From positions 1-57,013 of IMG/VR virus record IMGVR_UViG_3300033148_007689: a DNA stretch of 57,013 bases; one strand, 5' to 3'. Each line of letters begins with the position of its first letter. Position 1 is the stretch's first letter. The translations under genes were made by a program, and so were the position numbers. This document shows positions 21,161 to 31,833 of the stretch, piece by piece. The stretch comes from a virus (taxonomy: Duplodnaviria > Caudoviricetes). The notes under the pieces were generated by a model. That model made no database searches. It was not told the origin of the DNA and was given only the letters and a program-made list of their open reading frames with translations.

Positions 21161-21355
21161 ATGATTAAGCATCAATTTGAAAAGTGTCCAGACTGCGAAG
21201 GCAGAGGTTATATCCCCATTCAAATGCCATCGGGCAGGGAGATGGGGGTATTCACCTGCCCATACTGTAAAGACTCACCAAAGCCTGGCTATATCGTGAA
21301 GAGGGTCGAGGATACTACAAGAAATCAAGACTTGACAGAAGGAAATGAATTATGA
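21161..21355 (+). CDS. Small Zn-finger protein
   Basis: CPDCEGRG..CPYC. Confidence 0.6.
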   Translation: MIKHQFEKCPDCEGRGYIPIQMPSGREMGVFTCPYCKDSPKPGYIVKRVEDTTRNQDLTEGNEL

Positions 21356-21399
21356 ACTTTATTATCAATTTGAAAAAGAAACAAAGGAGATGAAAACCA

Positions 21400-22209
21400 T
21401 TGTCCGTCTATAATACTGGAAACGTAAAGCTAAGAGCTGGAAGCAGTATAGTTGTTGGTTCTGGGACATCCTTTAATACCCATGTTTCATCAGGGTATCT
21501 CTTTAAGCTAACTTCTGAAGCAGTGTGTTATTCCATCGCAGCAGTAAACAGTGCTACTAGATTAACCCTGAGCTCCAGATATACAAATACCTCATATCAA
21601 ACTGCACGAGCAGAAAATATTGCTTCGATAACAACTGCAACACGGGTTTATTCTGGTACGCTAGACCATACGCCTGTCATACAAAGTGAACTTACAATAA
21701 ATGCTAGTATAGAAAAATTCACCGATGACGGGGCCGGTGTGTTGACAGGTAGCTGTGGGGGAAGCGGAACGGTTTCTTATGACGATGGAGAAATCAATAT
21801 CACTCTAGGTACATCTGCCCTCGCCACAACAAATATGAGCGCTAGCTACTATTCGGGGGATACTATGAATAGTATGCCCTTTCAAATCGTTACAGACTAC
21901 ACTCCACATTATCGCTTTCCAGAAATCAGTGCAAATGACGTTAGTTTCCCACATCTGTACACAAAGGCCGTCCGCCTCATCGACTCCAAAATGTACTCTG
22001 CAAGCGTTGATACGATAAAAGTCGTCAGCCATCTAAAAATGGGCAGCCATCAATACCTCCTGTTTGGAGATGCAAACAACCAAGCATCTGTCGAAGCAGC
22101 AGCTACTGCTGTTGACGCTTCGTGCAAAGGATCAATGTATATGAGCACTGCTGGTACTCTCTGGTTTATGACATCAGATAATACAGCAGCGTCTGTAACG
22201 CTAACATGA
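21400..22209 (+). CDS. Virion structural / fibre-like protein (TTG start)
   Basis: YNTGNV..VVGSGTSF fibre-type N-terminus; Ser/Thr-rich. Confidence 0.6.
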   Translation: MSVYNTGNVKLRAGSSIVVGSGTSFNTHVSSGYLFKLTSEAVCYSIAAVNSATRLTLSSRYTNTSYQTARAENIASITTATRVYSGTLDHTPVIQSELTINASIEKFTDDGAGVLTGSCGGSGTVSYDDGEINITLGTSALATTNMSASYYSGDTMNSMPFQIVTDYTPHYRFPEISANDVSFPHLYTKAVRLIDSKMYSASVDTIKVVSHLKMGSHQYLLFGDANNQASVEAAATAVDASCKGSMYMSTAGTLWFMTSDNTAASVTLT

Positions 22210-22218
22210 TAAAGGAGC

Positions 22219-22644
22219 GTGTATATGAAAATGGATTATACCACTAAATTTTTCAAGCTCTATGAGTTAGTTCCAAAAGCTACATATGAGTTATTAAAAA
22301 ATAGACCCTGGGTAATATGGCAACTCTTTGATGAGCGGATACTGTATTCTGCCGACCGTATACGAAAACGATATGGAAAAATGCTTGCTAATACTTGGTA
22401 CTGGGGTGGGGGACACCAATATAGAGGTTGGCGTCCACCTGATTGTGGGGTTGGAGCAGTATATTCACAACATAGATTCGGTCGGGCTATAGATCTTGAA
22501 CCTATAGAGGTTACAGCTGAAGAAATTCGTCAGGATATTAAAAAGGGAGAAAATTTTCGATACATAACCTGTATTGAAGAAAATGTTCCCTGGCTTCATA
22601 TAGATGTTCGCAACTATAAAGGATTATTAATAGTTAGCCCGTAG
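22219..22644 (+). CDS. Endolysin, peptidase M15-type
   Basis: YRGWR..SQHRFGRAIDL..WLHIDVR zinc peptidase motifs. Confidence 0.85.
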   Translation: MYMKMDYTTKFFKLYELVPKATYELLKNRPWVIWQLFDERILYSADRIRKRYGKMLANTWYWGGGHQYRGWRPPDCGVGAVYSQHRFGRAIDLEPIEVTAEEIRQDIKKGENFRYITCIEENVPWLHIDVRNYKGLLIVSP

Positions 22645-22658
22645 AAAGGAGAAGTGAA

Positions 22659-23225
22659 ATGAAATTAGGCAGTATTTTAGCAAAGGTAGGTACATCAGTT
22701 CTTAGGAACGTAGTACCAGGAAGTGGATTTATTATTGATGCAGTTAATGAGTTTCTACCAAAAGATAAAAAACTCCCTACAGAAGCTACAGGAACTCAGA
22801 TTACACAAGCAGTGAACACTCTTCCACCTGATCAACAAGTCCAGCTATTATCAAAAGAGTATGATGTTGAAATAGCAGAGATTAACTCTTGGACTCAAGT
22901 ACAAGGATCTCTAGCTGAGGTGGATAAGGTAGGAGCATCAACAAGGCCACAAATCGCTATGATGATGGCAAAAGTTACTTCTTTTGTCATAATTGCATTT
23001 TCTACTATATGGATGGTAGCTGTGCTTAACAACCAAGTAGCTATGATTAAGACATTAGCAGATTCTTGGCCTTTAATGTTAACTGTTATTGCAACACCTA
23101 CAGCTCTGCTCAGAGCATATTTTGGAATGAGAAGCAAAGAAAAAAAGAACCGTTACAGTGCTGCAGTAGGACAACCTATACAGTCAAACTTATTGACAAA
23201 TATCATCAGTATGATAAGAAAGTGA
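22659..23225 (+). CDS. Probable holin
   Basis: Hydrophobic segments after a TRP motif, YFGMRSKEK tail; adjacent to endolysin. Confidence 0.7.
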   Translation: MKLGSILAKVGTSVLRNVVPGSGFIIDAVNEFLPKDKKLPTEATGTQITQAVNTLPPDQQVQLLSKEYDVEIAEINSWTQVQGSLAEVDKVGASTRPQIAMMMAKVTSFVIIAFSTIWMVAVLNNQVAMIKTLADSWPLMLTVIATPTALLRAYFGMRSKEKKNRYSAAVGQPIQSNLLTNIISMIRK

Positions 23226-23495
23226 TTCTTTCCAGGATAGCGTCTTAGAGAATGACCCCTCCATGTTAGACACGGACTGATGTGAAGGGGTATCTCTGGA
23301 GCCATAAGACTTACTTGTCCTATGAAGTATCCTTCTTCTTTTCATAGACTCCCTTTACTAGATTTATTATTTCATCTACCTCCTCTTTCTTCAGAGCTGT
23401 AGCAGTTTTTACTTCATCAATAAACCCATTAACCTCTTTATAAAAAGATTCTTTTTCTTTATCATCCAAATACTCCTTTTCCATTTATTTCCTCC

Positions 23496-24452
23496 CTACC
23501 TTGCTACCGTTGTCACTAAGGCTTTACGTTTTTCTTTACTTAAAGTTGAAATTCTTTCTCTCCCAATGGATCCACACTCATTACACCTAAATGCTCTAAA
23601 CTTACTAACACTTGTGTAGTAGTATCCTCTCCAATCAAGATTAGTACTACCACATGTAGGACAGACTGGTTTATCAGATTCAACATATAACCCAGTATTT
23701 ATACTACTCTTAATCCAAGGTCTTAATTTTACATACAGTTCCTCTAATGCTACTACATCCTGCCTGTTATACTCCTCCATATACTTTAGAGCTTCTCTAT
23801 CTCCTTTAATGCATTTCTTCCACAGGTCGTAGGATGTATCTAGCTTATTAGACAAACCAAACATATTACAAACATATGAAAGAGTATAAGACGAAAATGC
23901 AAAATACCTTTTTACAACCTGTAAGGTATCTACAACTTGATAAGGCATTGGTGGCATTAAACCATGTTTTATAAAACGAGCATTAGCTTTCCTAACATCA
24001 AAGCGAGAGCAATTATGCGCTATAGCGACATCGGCCTCATCCAATAAACTCCATATTCCTTTCATTATTCTCTTATCATCTTTGGCAATTGCCTCCTTTG
24101 GAGAGAGAATGTCTGACATAATCTCCGAGTCGAAGAGCCACTTCGCCGACCACCCAAGACAAAACCAATCTTCTATAATGTTAGATGGGGGGATAGCTTG
24201 TCGATACAAACCCCAGACGTATACTTCCATCATAGCTGTCTCAATATCAAATAGTAAAATCTTTGGTGCTTGAGGGGCTTCCTGCCCCAAGGCAAGCCTT
24301 TTGGCCTTAAGCCAAGAACCAAACCTCCTTCGTAAAGTCCTACCTGCTGGTTTATCTTTATCTTTTAATGTATCATACTTTGCAGCTGAGATATTCTCAC
24401 CATGAACTAGAAGCATCTGTTTGAACCTTCTTAGTAAAGTATCATCGTCCAT
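23496..24452 (-). CDS. RNase H-like (DEDD) exonuclease with C-terminal Zn ribbon
   Basis: LFDIET, AHNCSRFD, YNRQDV, CPTC..CNEC. Confidence 0.85.
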   Translation of the reverse strand: MDDDTLLRRFKQMLLVHGENISAAKYDTLKDKDKPAGRTLRRRFGSWLKAKRLALGQEAPQAPKILLFDIETAMMEVYVWGLYRQAIPPSNIIEDWFCLGWSAKWLFDSEIMSDILSPKEAIAKDDKRIMKGIWSLLDEADVAIAHNCSRFDVRKANARFIKHGLMPPMPYQVVDTLQVVKRYFAFSSYTLSYVCNMFGLSNKLDTSYDLWKKCIKGDREALKYMEEYNRQDVVALEELYVKLRPWIKSSINTGLYVESDKPVCPTCGSTNLDWRGYYYTSVSKFRAFRCNECGSIGRERISTLSKEKRKALVTTVAR

Positions 24453-24555
24453 TTTTCTGGTTTATCAAACTTATAAAAAGTTTGAATGGGCCTCCTTTAA
24501 ACCCATTAAACGTTTATGTTGATTTCCTGCTTCACAGACAACAGTTTCACTTCAG

Positions 24556-25653
24556 CTAGGCTGAGGCCAGAGCTCTCGTCTCCACAGGCTTAGCTTTGGG
24601 CAAACCCTGCCCTAGTATGTTAATTGCGGCATTCAAATCTCTATCGAGAGTTAAACCACAATCACATTTATAAACTCTCTGATGTAAAGGCATGTCCTGT
24701 ATCTTCCCACACTTAGAACACATTTTTGAACTAGGGAAGAATCTATCAATGACCCTTACTTCCTCACATTTACTGGCTAAGAATTGTTTTATTTTGTAAA
24801 AGTTAGCTCTTGAAACAGCTTTACTTAAATGTCTGTTTTTCTGCATTCCCTTTACATTCAAATCCTCAAGTACAACAGTATGATAGTTGTTAGCTATGTA
24901 GTGTGTCATTTTATGTATGTAGTCATCTATCACACATTTAATCTTATAGTGAAGTTTAGCTATCCTCAATCTTGCTTTGGCTCTGTTCTTACTACCCTTC
25001 TTCTTACGGGATAAACTCTTTTGAGCACGTCTGAGCTGTTTATCATATTTGTAGTATGTTTTCGGATTCTCGAAAACAGTCCCGTCAGAGAGTGTGGCTA
25101 GTGTCTTTATCCCCAAATCAATCCCGACAGCGCCTGAAACTTGGTTCTCGCTTTCAGTCTTGTCAGTTTCAACTGATATAGAAACAAACCACTTACCTGC
25201 TCTCTGCTTAATTGTAGCTGACATTAACTTGCCTGTAAACCTCAGCTCCTCAGTCATTCGTACCCATCCGAGTCTCGGTATTCTTATCTTCTTACCATCA
25301 ACAACAAATTTGCTGTTATCCACTGTAAAAGATTCGTGAATACCTTTTTTATGAAACTTGGGATACTTACTTCTCTTTCTAAAGAAGTTTATAAATGCCC
25401 TGTTGAGGTTTTCAAAAGCTGCATCAACCACACATTTTGTCACTTCCATAACAAAAGGAAACTCGGCTCTTTTAATAGTTGTAAACTCCTTCTTAAGCTC
25501 CCTGCTGTTTGGTTTATTTCCCTTCTCATATTCTTCTTTCCATCTAGCAAGCCCCCAGTTATAGACAAACCGTTGAACGCCACAGGCTTTCTGTAAATAT
25601 GTAGCCCGTTTATTGTTTGGCCTTAGCTGCATAACATGTGAGCGTATTTTCAT
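24556..25653 (-). mobile_element. tnpB: TnpB RNA-guided nuclease, apparently intact, no transposase nearby
   Basis: GIDLG, VLEDL, SSKMCSKCG..CDCG..DRDLNAAINI. Confidence 0.92.
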
Positions 25654-25946
25654 TATTTGCTTTCCTTTATTTCTTTTAATTCTTCCTCAATAACCTTCCT
25701 TTTGCCCCTCCTCAACTTATCCTTGTCGTATCTTCTCTTTTTTCCAAAAGGGAAACCAGGAGGAGGAACGCTCCTGCGTATTTCTTTGTAAGGGTCTAGT
25801 TTTTCTTTTCCCATAGTGTTTACCAAAAAATGAGTATCAATATTAACAAAGTCAGTGGAATCGTTACTGGAAAAAACATAAGGTACAGAGCAAAAAGAGA
25901 CACTACAGTTGAACCTAGAATTGCTAACGCCCCAAGCATAATGTTT

Positions 25947-26156
25947 TTAATACAGTCCATCATCTTCTGTCACCTCAATTTTTAGATCTCCTTTACCAAA
26001 CTTATTGTATATCTTCACTCTTCTTCTTTTGAAACCTTTTACTCCAATCAACATGCTAATTAGTCTTTCACCACCCACAGGATCCCCGCTAGTATGCGCA
26101 CCATACCAAGTTTTCAACCACTTCTCTTTCTTAGATGCTGGTATTGTTATAATCAT
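25947..26156 (-). CDS. Hypothetical protein
   Basis: ORF coupled to the nrdJ stop (TAATG). Confidence 0.55.
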   Translation of the reverse strand: MIITIPASKKEKWLKTWYGAHTSGDPVGGERLISMLIGVKGFKRRRVKIYNKFGKGDLKIEVTEDDGLY

Positions 26157-29100
26157 TATATGTCACATACCCCTGATCTGCAAGACACATCTTTTTCAGA
26201 TAAAGAATCAGAGACTCCTTTTTCATCCTTAATGTATTTCTCTATCTCTTTTCTAGACATCCTATAATATACTTGCTTCTCTCTGCTCTCATCTCTATAG
26301 ACTGTTACCCCTTTAAGATCGTAAATGTACTCTAATAATATTTTACTTAAATCTTCTGCTGTTGAAGATTTAGGCAACAAGATAGTCTTTGATACACTCC
26401 CATCCAAATATTTAGCTATAGTGGATTGCATTTCTAAATGTTCTTCTGGTTTTAAATCATAACTATCTACAAACCATTCACTATCATAATGTTCTTTACA
26501 CAGTGGGTGTATATAAATTCTATCACTAACACGATCTGATCTTAAGTACCCTTTAAAGGGTAAGGGCTCTATACCACCAACAACATCAGCCAATAATGAA
26601 GTTGTATTATGAGTGATAAAACCATTAGCTATATAAGTATGTGAATCTTCATATATTTCGAGATCATTTACATGCATATTATCATACACATTCGTTTCTG
26701 ATACTACATCAAAACATAAATCATTTTTAACAAACCAATTCATACTATCTATCCTCGAAATATAATTTGCTTTAGTAGTACAGATTACATTATTATTAGA
26801 TGAAAACCTATCCTTTGTATATGAAAGATGCTGACTATTAAAATGCATTAATTCATCTGGAGTTAGTATGATCAATTCCCTATCTCCATTTTTTGGTAAA
26901 GACACGTCAATATTATACAATAATTTCAACAATTTTACCGAGTTATATCTGTTTACAGAAATTCTATAGGCTTTACCTCTGGCAAACACTTCTCTACCTT
27001 CAATAATAGAATTGTTTTCCTTTGTTTCTTTTAAATGAGATACAAATCCAAGACCCAACAATATAGTTTGTATTTGATTGGCCATTGTTTCTGAAATAGT
27101 AGTAAATCCTATACGGTTATCTTCCTTTCTTATATGACCATTGCCTCTGTGGTAACCGCTTATAAAAGAAATTATATTGTTTAATGAACCGCTTAATATT
27201 ATATCAGGAATAAAAGCATTTATAGCTCCATATTTTATACATCCATGTTTTTGAAACCAATCATATAATTGTTTATTGCCAATCTCTAATCTCACAGATT
27301 TACTATCTAATCTATCACGTTTATATACTTTGATTTTAAACACATCCCCAAAAGACTTATATATCAAATTTGATATATATTCTGCTTCATTATTATTAGA
27401 AGTCTCAAAATATAATCTATGACTTCTTCCATTTACAGTCCACCAACCATCTGCCATATAATATCCTAATAATTCAGCTTTATGATCAGATAACCATGTT
27501 TGTCTCTTGTCGTACAGAAACCCTTTCTTCAACACAACTAAATCTCCTTTTTCTATATCACCCAAAGATTTCCAACTATACCCGTTCCCATCAGTTAATA
27601 CCCTCACTTTATGATCAAACGTTCCTTGAAGCTTATAACCATGTTTAGTTTTTATACTTTTAGTTTTAGCGATCCCCTGATCATAATATGCTTTTATATG
27701 TACATCCTTAAAATCTGATTTAGTAGAATTTCTTCCTCTACCAACTCTTAAATTAATCTTTTTATAATCTTCAATTCTTTTAGTACCAATCTCTGATGAT
27801 ATAAGAGTACCATCTACCAAACAACCCGTCGGAGCTGCTGTAGTCAACGTTACGTTACGAATTGAGTTTTCTTTTATGAGCATCCTTATTTTAGCAGGTA
27901 ATTTTCTAACAAAAGAGGCACTAGCATAATCTATTCTATTATATTTTGGGAATGCCCCTTTTTCTTTTGCTAGTTCCACAGAGGCTATGTAAGCTTCATC
28001 TCTGATAAATCTATATAATTTTTCTACTTCCGCAATGGCTCGTTCTGAACCATATCTTATCTCTTTCATAAAAAGATAGTCTGCAAGACCCATTGTACCG
28101 AGCCCGATCCTGCGAGCATTTTTAACAACTATTTCTTGTTGTGGGATTGGGTAGTAAGCTAGATCAATTACGTTGTCCATAAATCTTACAGCTATTTTAA
28201 TAGTCCTAGATAGTTTTTTCCAGTCAGTGTTTTTATTTATAATAAAATGTGGTAACACAAGAGCGCCCAGATTACAACATCCAAACTCTTCGAGCGGCAG
28301 TTCACCGCACTGTAAGTTGTTGATATAATTGAACTTTTTCTTTCCGTTCTCTGTCTTGCTCTCACTAACCATAACATAAAAATTATGAAATTCGTCCACT
28401 GTCCCATTGTATACATCTTCATATCCATCTTCTTCTATAGATACTATATTATAATTCATCATTCGATGCTTATATCCTTTTTCCATTGCGTACTTAACTT
28501 GACCAAGAAAAGCAGCCTTAGAAGTACCTGCACATCTAGTAGAACAATATGACTGTTCTCTCCTATGCCACTTGACAGAGAAAATTCTTCCACAATTCTC
28601 ACATTGCTTATTTACCCAAATACTACCGTTCTCAAAAAAAACATCAAGATCAGTTGTATCTTTAAGAACAAGAAACTTCCTATATGCTTTTAACTCGTAC
28701 CCTTTCATATATACTCCCGCTTCTTTAGCGGCAGCTTTAAGCATTGAACTAGCACTTTTATATTTTCCAAAAGCACAATTAGACCAAGGTATACTATTTG
28801 TTTTGCAGTACTTCTGCCACTCATCCTTGGTTACTTTCCTTCCTATATTTCTCATTAAATCAATGGCTATTTGGAATATTTCTTCTGGTGTAAGTCCCGT
28901 CCACCTACCGTTATTTTTACCCGACCAATTTTGTTTAATAAGCCAGTTTTTCTCAGGAAACCTATTCACTGGGTTATTCCTACCAAGCATATCTTGTGCA
29001 TGTAATTTATCATGATCTTTTTTTAACATAGGTTCAAGATTTACCCATTCATTATTAAGACCATTAAAATCATTATGATGCACTATTTCACCAGGTTTCA

Positions 29101-30304
29101 ACTTACGACCCAAATTAAACTCTGCAATAATTCTGTGTTCTGCTTTATTTGTAGATTTACCAACATTCCACCACACATAATCTTGTGATCTACTATTCGC
29201 CCTAAGAAATACATCTTTAAATGATGCATGAAATTTAACTGCGTGATGAAGCCTATCATTTTCTTTTAATTCGTCAGCCCGCTTATAAGTACCATCAAGC
29301 ATAAGGATCCCATGATTTTCAGTACATCTAATTATAGACCCATCATTAAGGGTTATCTTCAAAATTCTTTCTTTATACCCAGTGATTCTAGGGTTTCTCA
29401 TTAAACGTACAGTAACATTATTATTACTATCACTACAAAATACTGGCACATCTTTACCTTCATCAGCCAATTGTTTTATAGGAACATTGCCCCTACCGTC
29501 TGCTACAGCCACTAAAGTATTTCCCGTCACGCAAGGATTGACCCCCCGAATTGGACTGAAATAATATGAATTATTCTTTCTCAAATTGTCCCAATTTATC
29601 AAACCTGGCTCACTATGCTCCAACATATTATTAAGAATCATATCCCACAATTCTCTTGCTCTTACTGTTTCATATACTTTACCAGCAAATTTAAGATCCC
29701 ACTCATTGTCCTCTTCTACCGCTTTTAAAAAACCTGAATCTACAATTACTGAAATATTAAATTGTGTTAATTTATTGTGCTTTATTTTAGCATTAATAAA
29801 TTCTCTGATTTCAGGATGAGAGATATGGCACAAGGCAATCCCCGCACTTCTTCTCGCCCCACCAGTTTCTATTCTTTTCCCAGCATGATTAAATATTTCC
29901 ATAAAGGAAACTAGTCCTGAACTATTACCGCCTTTTGTAATAAGAGGAGCACCTTTAGGTCTCAAAGCAGAAAAATCTATCCCATTCCCACCACCATATG
30001 AAGAAATAATTAAATAATTCTTGAGTGTTTCTCCTATAGATTCAATACTATCTTCCAGAGGTAGAAAATTACAATTACTTGTAGATGGTCTCAGTTTACC
30101 AAGATTCCTTAGAATTCTTCCTGCAGGTATAAAATCCAAAGGTTCTATAATAGAGTAAAACTCCCCATAATACTTCTCTGCTTTGTCTCCTTCATTCTTA
30201 GCATTCTCTCTACATATTCTTTCTGCTAGGTGATCCCATTTAGTTTCATTGTCCCAGAAATATCTGCTCTCAGCTATCTTCTGGGCATTAGCGCTTAATT
30301 CCAT
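26156..30304 (-). CDS. nrdJ: Class II (B12-dependent) ribonucleotide reductase with two inteins
   Basis: PAGRIL, SNC, NPCGE (split by intein), CNLG, RRIGLG, APTGT (split by intein), SVSKT, KGVTVYR; likely start MELS at 30304. Confidence 0.92.
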   Translation of the reverse strand: MELSANAQKIAESRYFWDNETKWDHLAERICRENAKNEGDKAEKYYGEFYSIIEPLDFIPAGRILRNLGKLRPSTSNCNFLPLEDSIESIGETLKNYLIISSYGGGNGIDFSALRPKGAPLITKGGNSSGLVSFMEIFNHAGKRIETGGARRSAGIALCHISHPEIREFINAKIKHNKLTQFNISVIVDSGFLKAVEEDNEWDLKFAGKVYETVRARELWDMILNNMLEHSEPGLINWDNLRKNNSYYFSPIRGVNPCVTGNTLVAVADGRGNVPIKQLADEGKDVPVFCSDSNNNVTVRLMRNPRITGYKERILKITLNDGSIIRCTENHGILMLDGTYKRADELKENDRLHHAVKFHASFKDVFLRANSRSQDYVWWNVGKSTNKAEHRIIAEFNLGRKLKPGEIVHHNDFNGLNNEWVNLEPMLKKDHDKLHAQDMLGRNNPVNRFPEKNWLIKQNWSGKNNGRWTGLTPEEIFQIAIDLMRNIGRKVTKDEWQKYCKTNSIPWSNCAFGKYKSASSMLKAAAKEAGVYMKGYELKAYRKFLVLKDTTDLDVFFENGSIWVNKQCENCGRIFSVKWHRREQSYCSTRCAGTSKAAFLGQVKYAMEKGYKHRMMNYNIVSIEEDGYEDVYNGTVDEFHNFYVMVSESKTENGKKKFNYINNLQCGELPLEEFGCCNLGALVLPHFIINKNTDWKKLSRTIKIAVRFMDNVIDLAYYPIPQQEIVVKNARRIGLGTMGLADYLFMKEIRYGSERAIAEVEKLYRFIRDEAYIASVELAKEKGAFPKYNRIDYASASFVRKLPAKIRMLIKENSIRNVTLTTAAPTGCLVDGTLISSEIGTKRIEDYKKINLRVGRGRNSTKSDFKDVHIKAYYDQGIAKTKSIKTKHGYKLQGTFDHKVRVLTDGNGYSWKSLGDIEKGDLVVLKKGFLYDKRQTWLSDHKAELLGYYMADGWWTVNGRSHRLYFETSNNNEAEYISNLIYKSFGDVFKIKVYKRDRLDSKSVRLEIGNKQLYDWFQKHGCIKYGAINAFIPDIILSGSLNNIISFISGYHRGNGHIRKEDNRIGFTTISETMANQIQTILLGLGFVSHLKETKENNSIIEGREVFARGKAYRISVNRYNSVKLLKLLYNIDVSLPKNGDRELIILTPDELMHFNSQHLSYTKDRFSSNNNVICTTKANYISRIDSMNWFVKNDLCFDVVSETNVYDNMHVNDLEIYEDSHTYIANGFITHNTTSLLADVVGGIEPLPFKGYLRSDRVSDRIYIHPLCKEHYDSEWFVDSYDLKPEEHLEMQSTIAKYLDGSVSKTILLPKSSTAEDLSKILLEYIYDLKGVTVYRDESREKQVYYRMSRKEIEKYIKDEKGVSDSLSEKDVSCRSGVCDI
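26606..27823 (-). mobile_element. Intein 2 in NrdJ (406 aa, LAGLIDADG-type)
   Basis: APTG|CLVDGT...LLGYYMADG..FISGYHRGNG...NGFITHN|TTS. Confidence 0.9.
28310..29533 (-). mobile_element. Intein 1 in NrdJ (408 aa, HNH endonuclease, C-terminal Gln)
   Basis: NP|CVTGNT...VYNGTVDEFHNF...NNLQ|CGE; HRIIAE..VHHNDFNGLNN HNH. Confidence 0.9.
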
Positions 30305-30325
30305 CCTTCTCCTCCTCCTTCTCAT

Positions 30326-30892
30326 TCATCTTTCATCACTCTTCTTCTTACTTTTTGAAATGAAATTTGGGTTATCAGGTTTATTCACCATAATTTCCTT
30401 TATTTGATCAAGCGAGTATGGATAGTAATTATTCGTGTCAACTCCTACATCCATAGATTTTCCTATTGATGGTAGTCTGCTGTGGCTGTGGCCGTAAACG
30501 TGCCAACTGTTCCAGTGGGAGCGTCTCCATGTTCGCATTGCGTAATGGCAAGCGACTATGAGTATACCTTCATCCTTGAAGGTCTTTTCATATATATAGC
30601 CAACAAATTGAAAGTTACCTTCTGATTTAGGGGATTTCCCCAACCATCTGTCGTGGCTTCCACGTATAAAAATGTGAGTCCCCTTAAGTTGCTTGAACAC
30701 TCTTTCCATAGTCCAACCTCTTGACCCCATACTGAAATCCCCAACATGAACAACAATGTCAGACTCCCCCACCACTTCATTATGATTTTTGATTAAGGTC
30801 TCATTCATCTCTCTGACGTTAGAAAAAGGTCTATTGCAAAATTTTATAATATTAGCATGATTATAATGCTCATCTGCTGTATAAAAAAACAT
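30326..30892 (-). CDS. Calcineurin-like metallophosphoesterase
   Basis: ADEH, GDF, GSHD, YGHSH, DVGVD. Confidence 0.85.
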   Translation of the reverse strand: MFFYTADEHYNHANIIKFCNRPFSNVREMNETLIKNHNEVVGESDIVVHVGDFSMGSRGWTMERVFKQLKGTHIFIRGSHDRWLGKSPKSEGNFQFVGYIYEKTFKDEGILIVACHYAMRTWRRSHWNSWHVYGHSHSRLPSIGKSMDVGVDTNNYYPYSLDQIKEIMVNKPDNPNFISKSKKKSDER

Positions 30893-31157
30893 TATTCTAT
30901 TTCCTCCAATAGCACCTCGCAGGACAAGCTTTGTGGCTTCTACACTGAATTTTTATCTATTTCCTTATCCATCGAAGTGTTAGATTGTGAATCAACATAA
31001 GCTCTACAAACATCATAGACAAAAGCTCTAATTCTTGTTAGATTTAAAATGTCATATGCTAAACTTCCCTCTAACTCATAAAATTCAAGTTCCCTATCAT
31101 ATATTTTTTTAAAATTATCTAACACATTTATCCCCTTTTTGGTGCTGAGAAGATAAG

Positions 31158-31233
31158 GTCAGTAGCATCGGGAGCCCATCCCATCCGATATTTTTCACTC
31201 TGGGCAAGAGTACGAGATCACGTCTCTACTGAC
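31158..31233 (-). ncRNA. Candidate structured RNA (4-way junction)
   Basis: Closing stem GTCAGTAG/CTACTGAC enclosing three hairpins; intergenic; strand inferred from flanking genes. Confidence 0.5.
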
Positions 31234-31247
31234 TACTCGTTTTTTAC

Positions 31248-31820
31248 TTACCCTCTCAGCATATCAAAATAATCTTTTATCTCGTCCCAATCCTTTACTC
31301 TCATAATATTATCAACATTAGAAAGGTCCAACTGATTCCAGCTACGATCTAACAAAAGGATTTTAATATCCTGTCTTGCTAAGTCAATTGCAATTTTGAG
31401 CCTATCTTCAACAAATACCTTAATATTCTTTCTGATAATAGGCTGTATTTTATAGATCCCTCGCACAAAATGAGCCTCCCAAGGAAGCTCTGGTAAATGC
31501 AAGCGTAGCCACTTTATAGTATTCTCCTTATCCTGACGTGCACTAACAAATATAATAGGGTCATTAGTTATCTTATGATAATAGTTTAGAAATTCAATGG
31601 CATTGGAGTATGGCAATAGTCTATCCACAGATGCAATTGTTAAGCTGACACACCTATCAACCTGTTCCTTTGATAGGGAAGTGCACTCTTCAATAGAGTA
31701 CTTGATGATGTCATTTACCTCAAGTTTGTAACCATATTCCTTTTCAATATTGTCCAAAAGAATTGGTATCATATTCACTATACAACCATCAAGATCGAAT
31801 CCCCATTTTATCATAATCAC
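31248..31820 (-). CDS. HAD-family 5'(3')-deoxyribonucleotidase-like protein
   Basis: FDLDG, VSAR, FVEDR, WNQ motifs. Confidence 0.8.
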   Translation of the reverse strand: MIMIKWGFDLDGCIVNMIPILLDNIEKEYGYKLEVNDIIKYSIEECTSLSKEQVDRCVSLTIASVDRLLPYSNAIEFLNYYHKITNDPIIFVSARQDKENTIKWLRLHLPELPWEAHFVRGIYKIQPIIRKNIKVFVEDRLKIAIDLARQDIKILLLDRSWNQLDLSNVDNIMRVKDWDEIKDYFDMLRG

Positions 31821-31833
31821 CTTTTTTAAAATG

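Noticed and set aside
30305-30325. Poly-Arg N-terminus (MRRRRRR) of NrdJ
   Set aside because: This is the purine-rich SD region; the real start is probably ATG 30304
31138-31160. tRNA suggested by a ..CAGCACCA end on the minus strand
   Set aside because: No T-loop, anticodon arm or acceptor-stem partner; no tRNA gene recognised anywhere in the window
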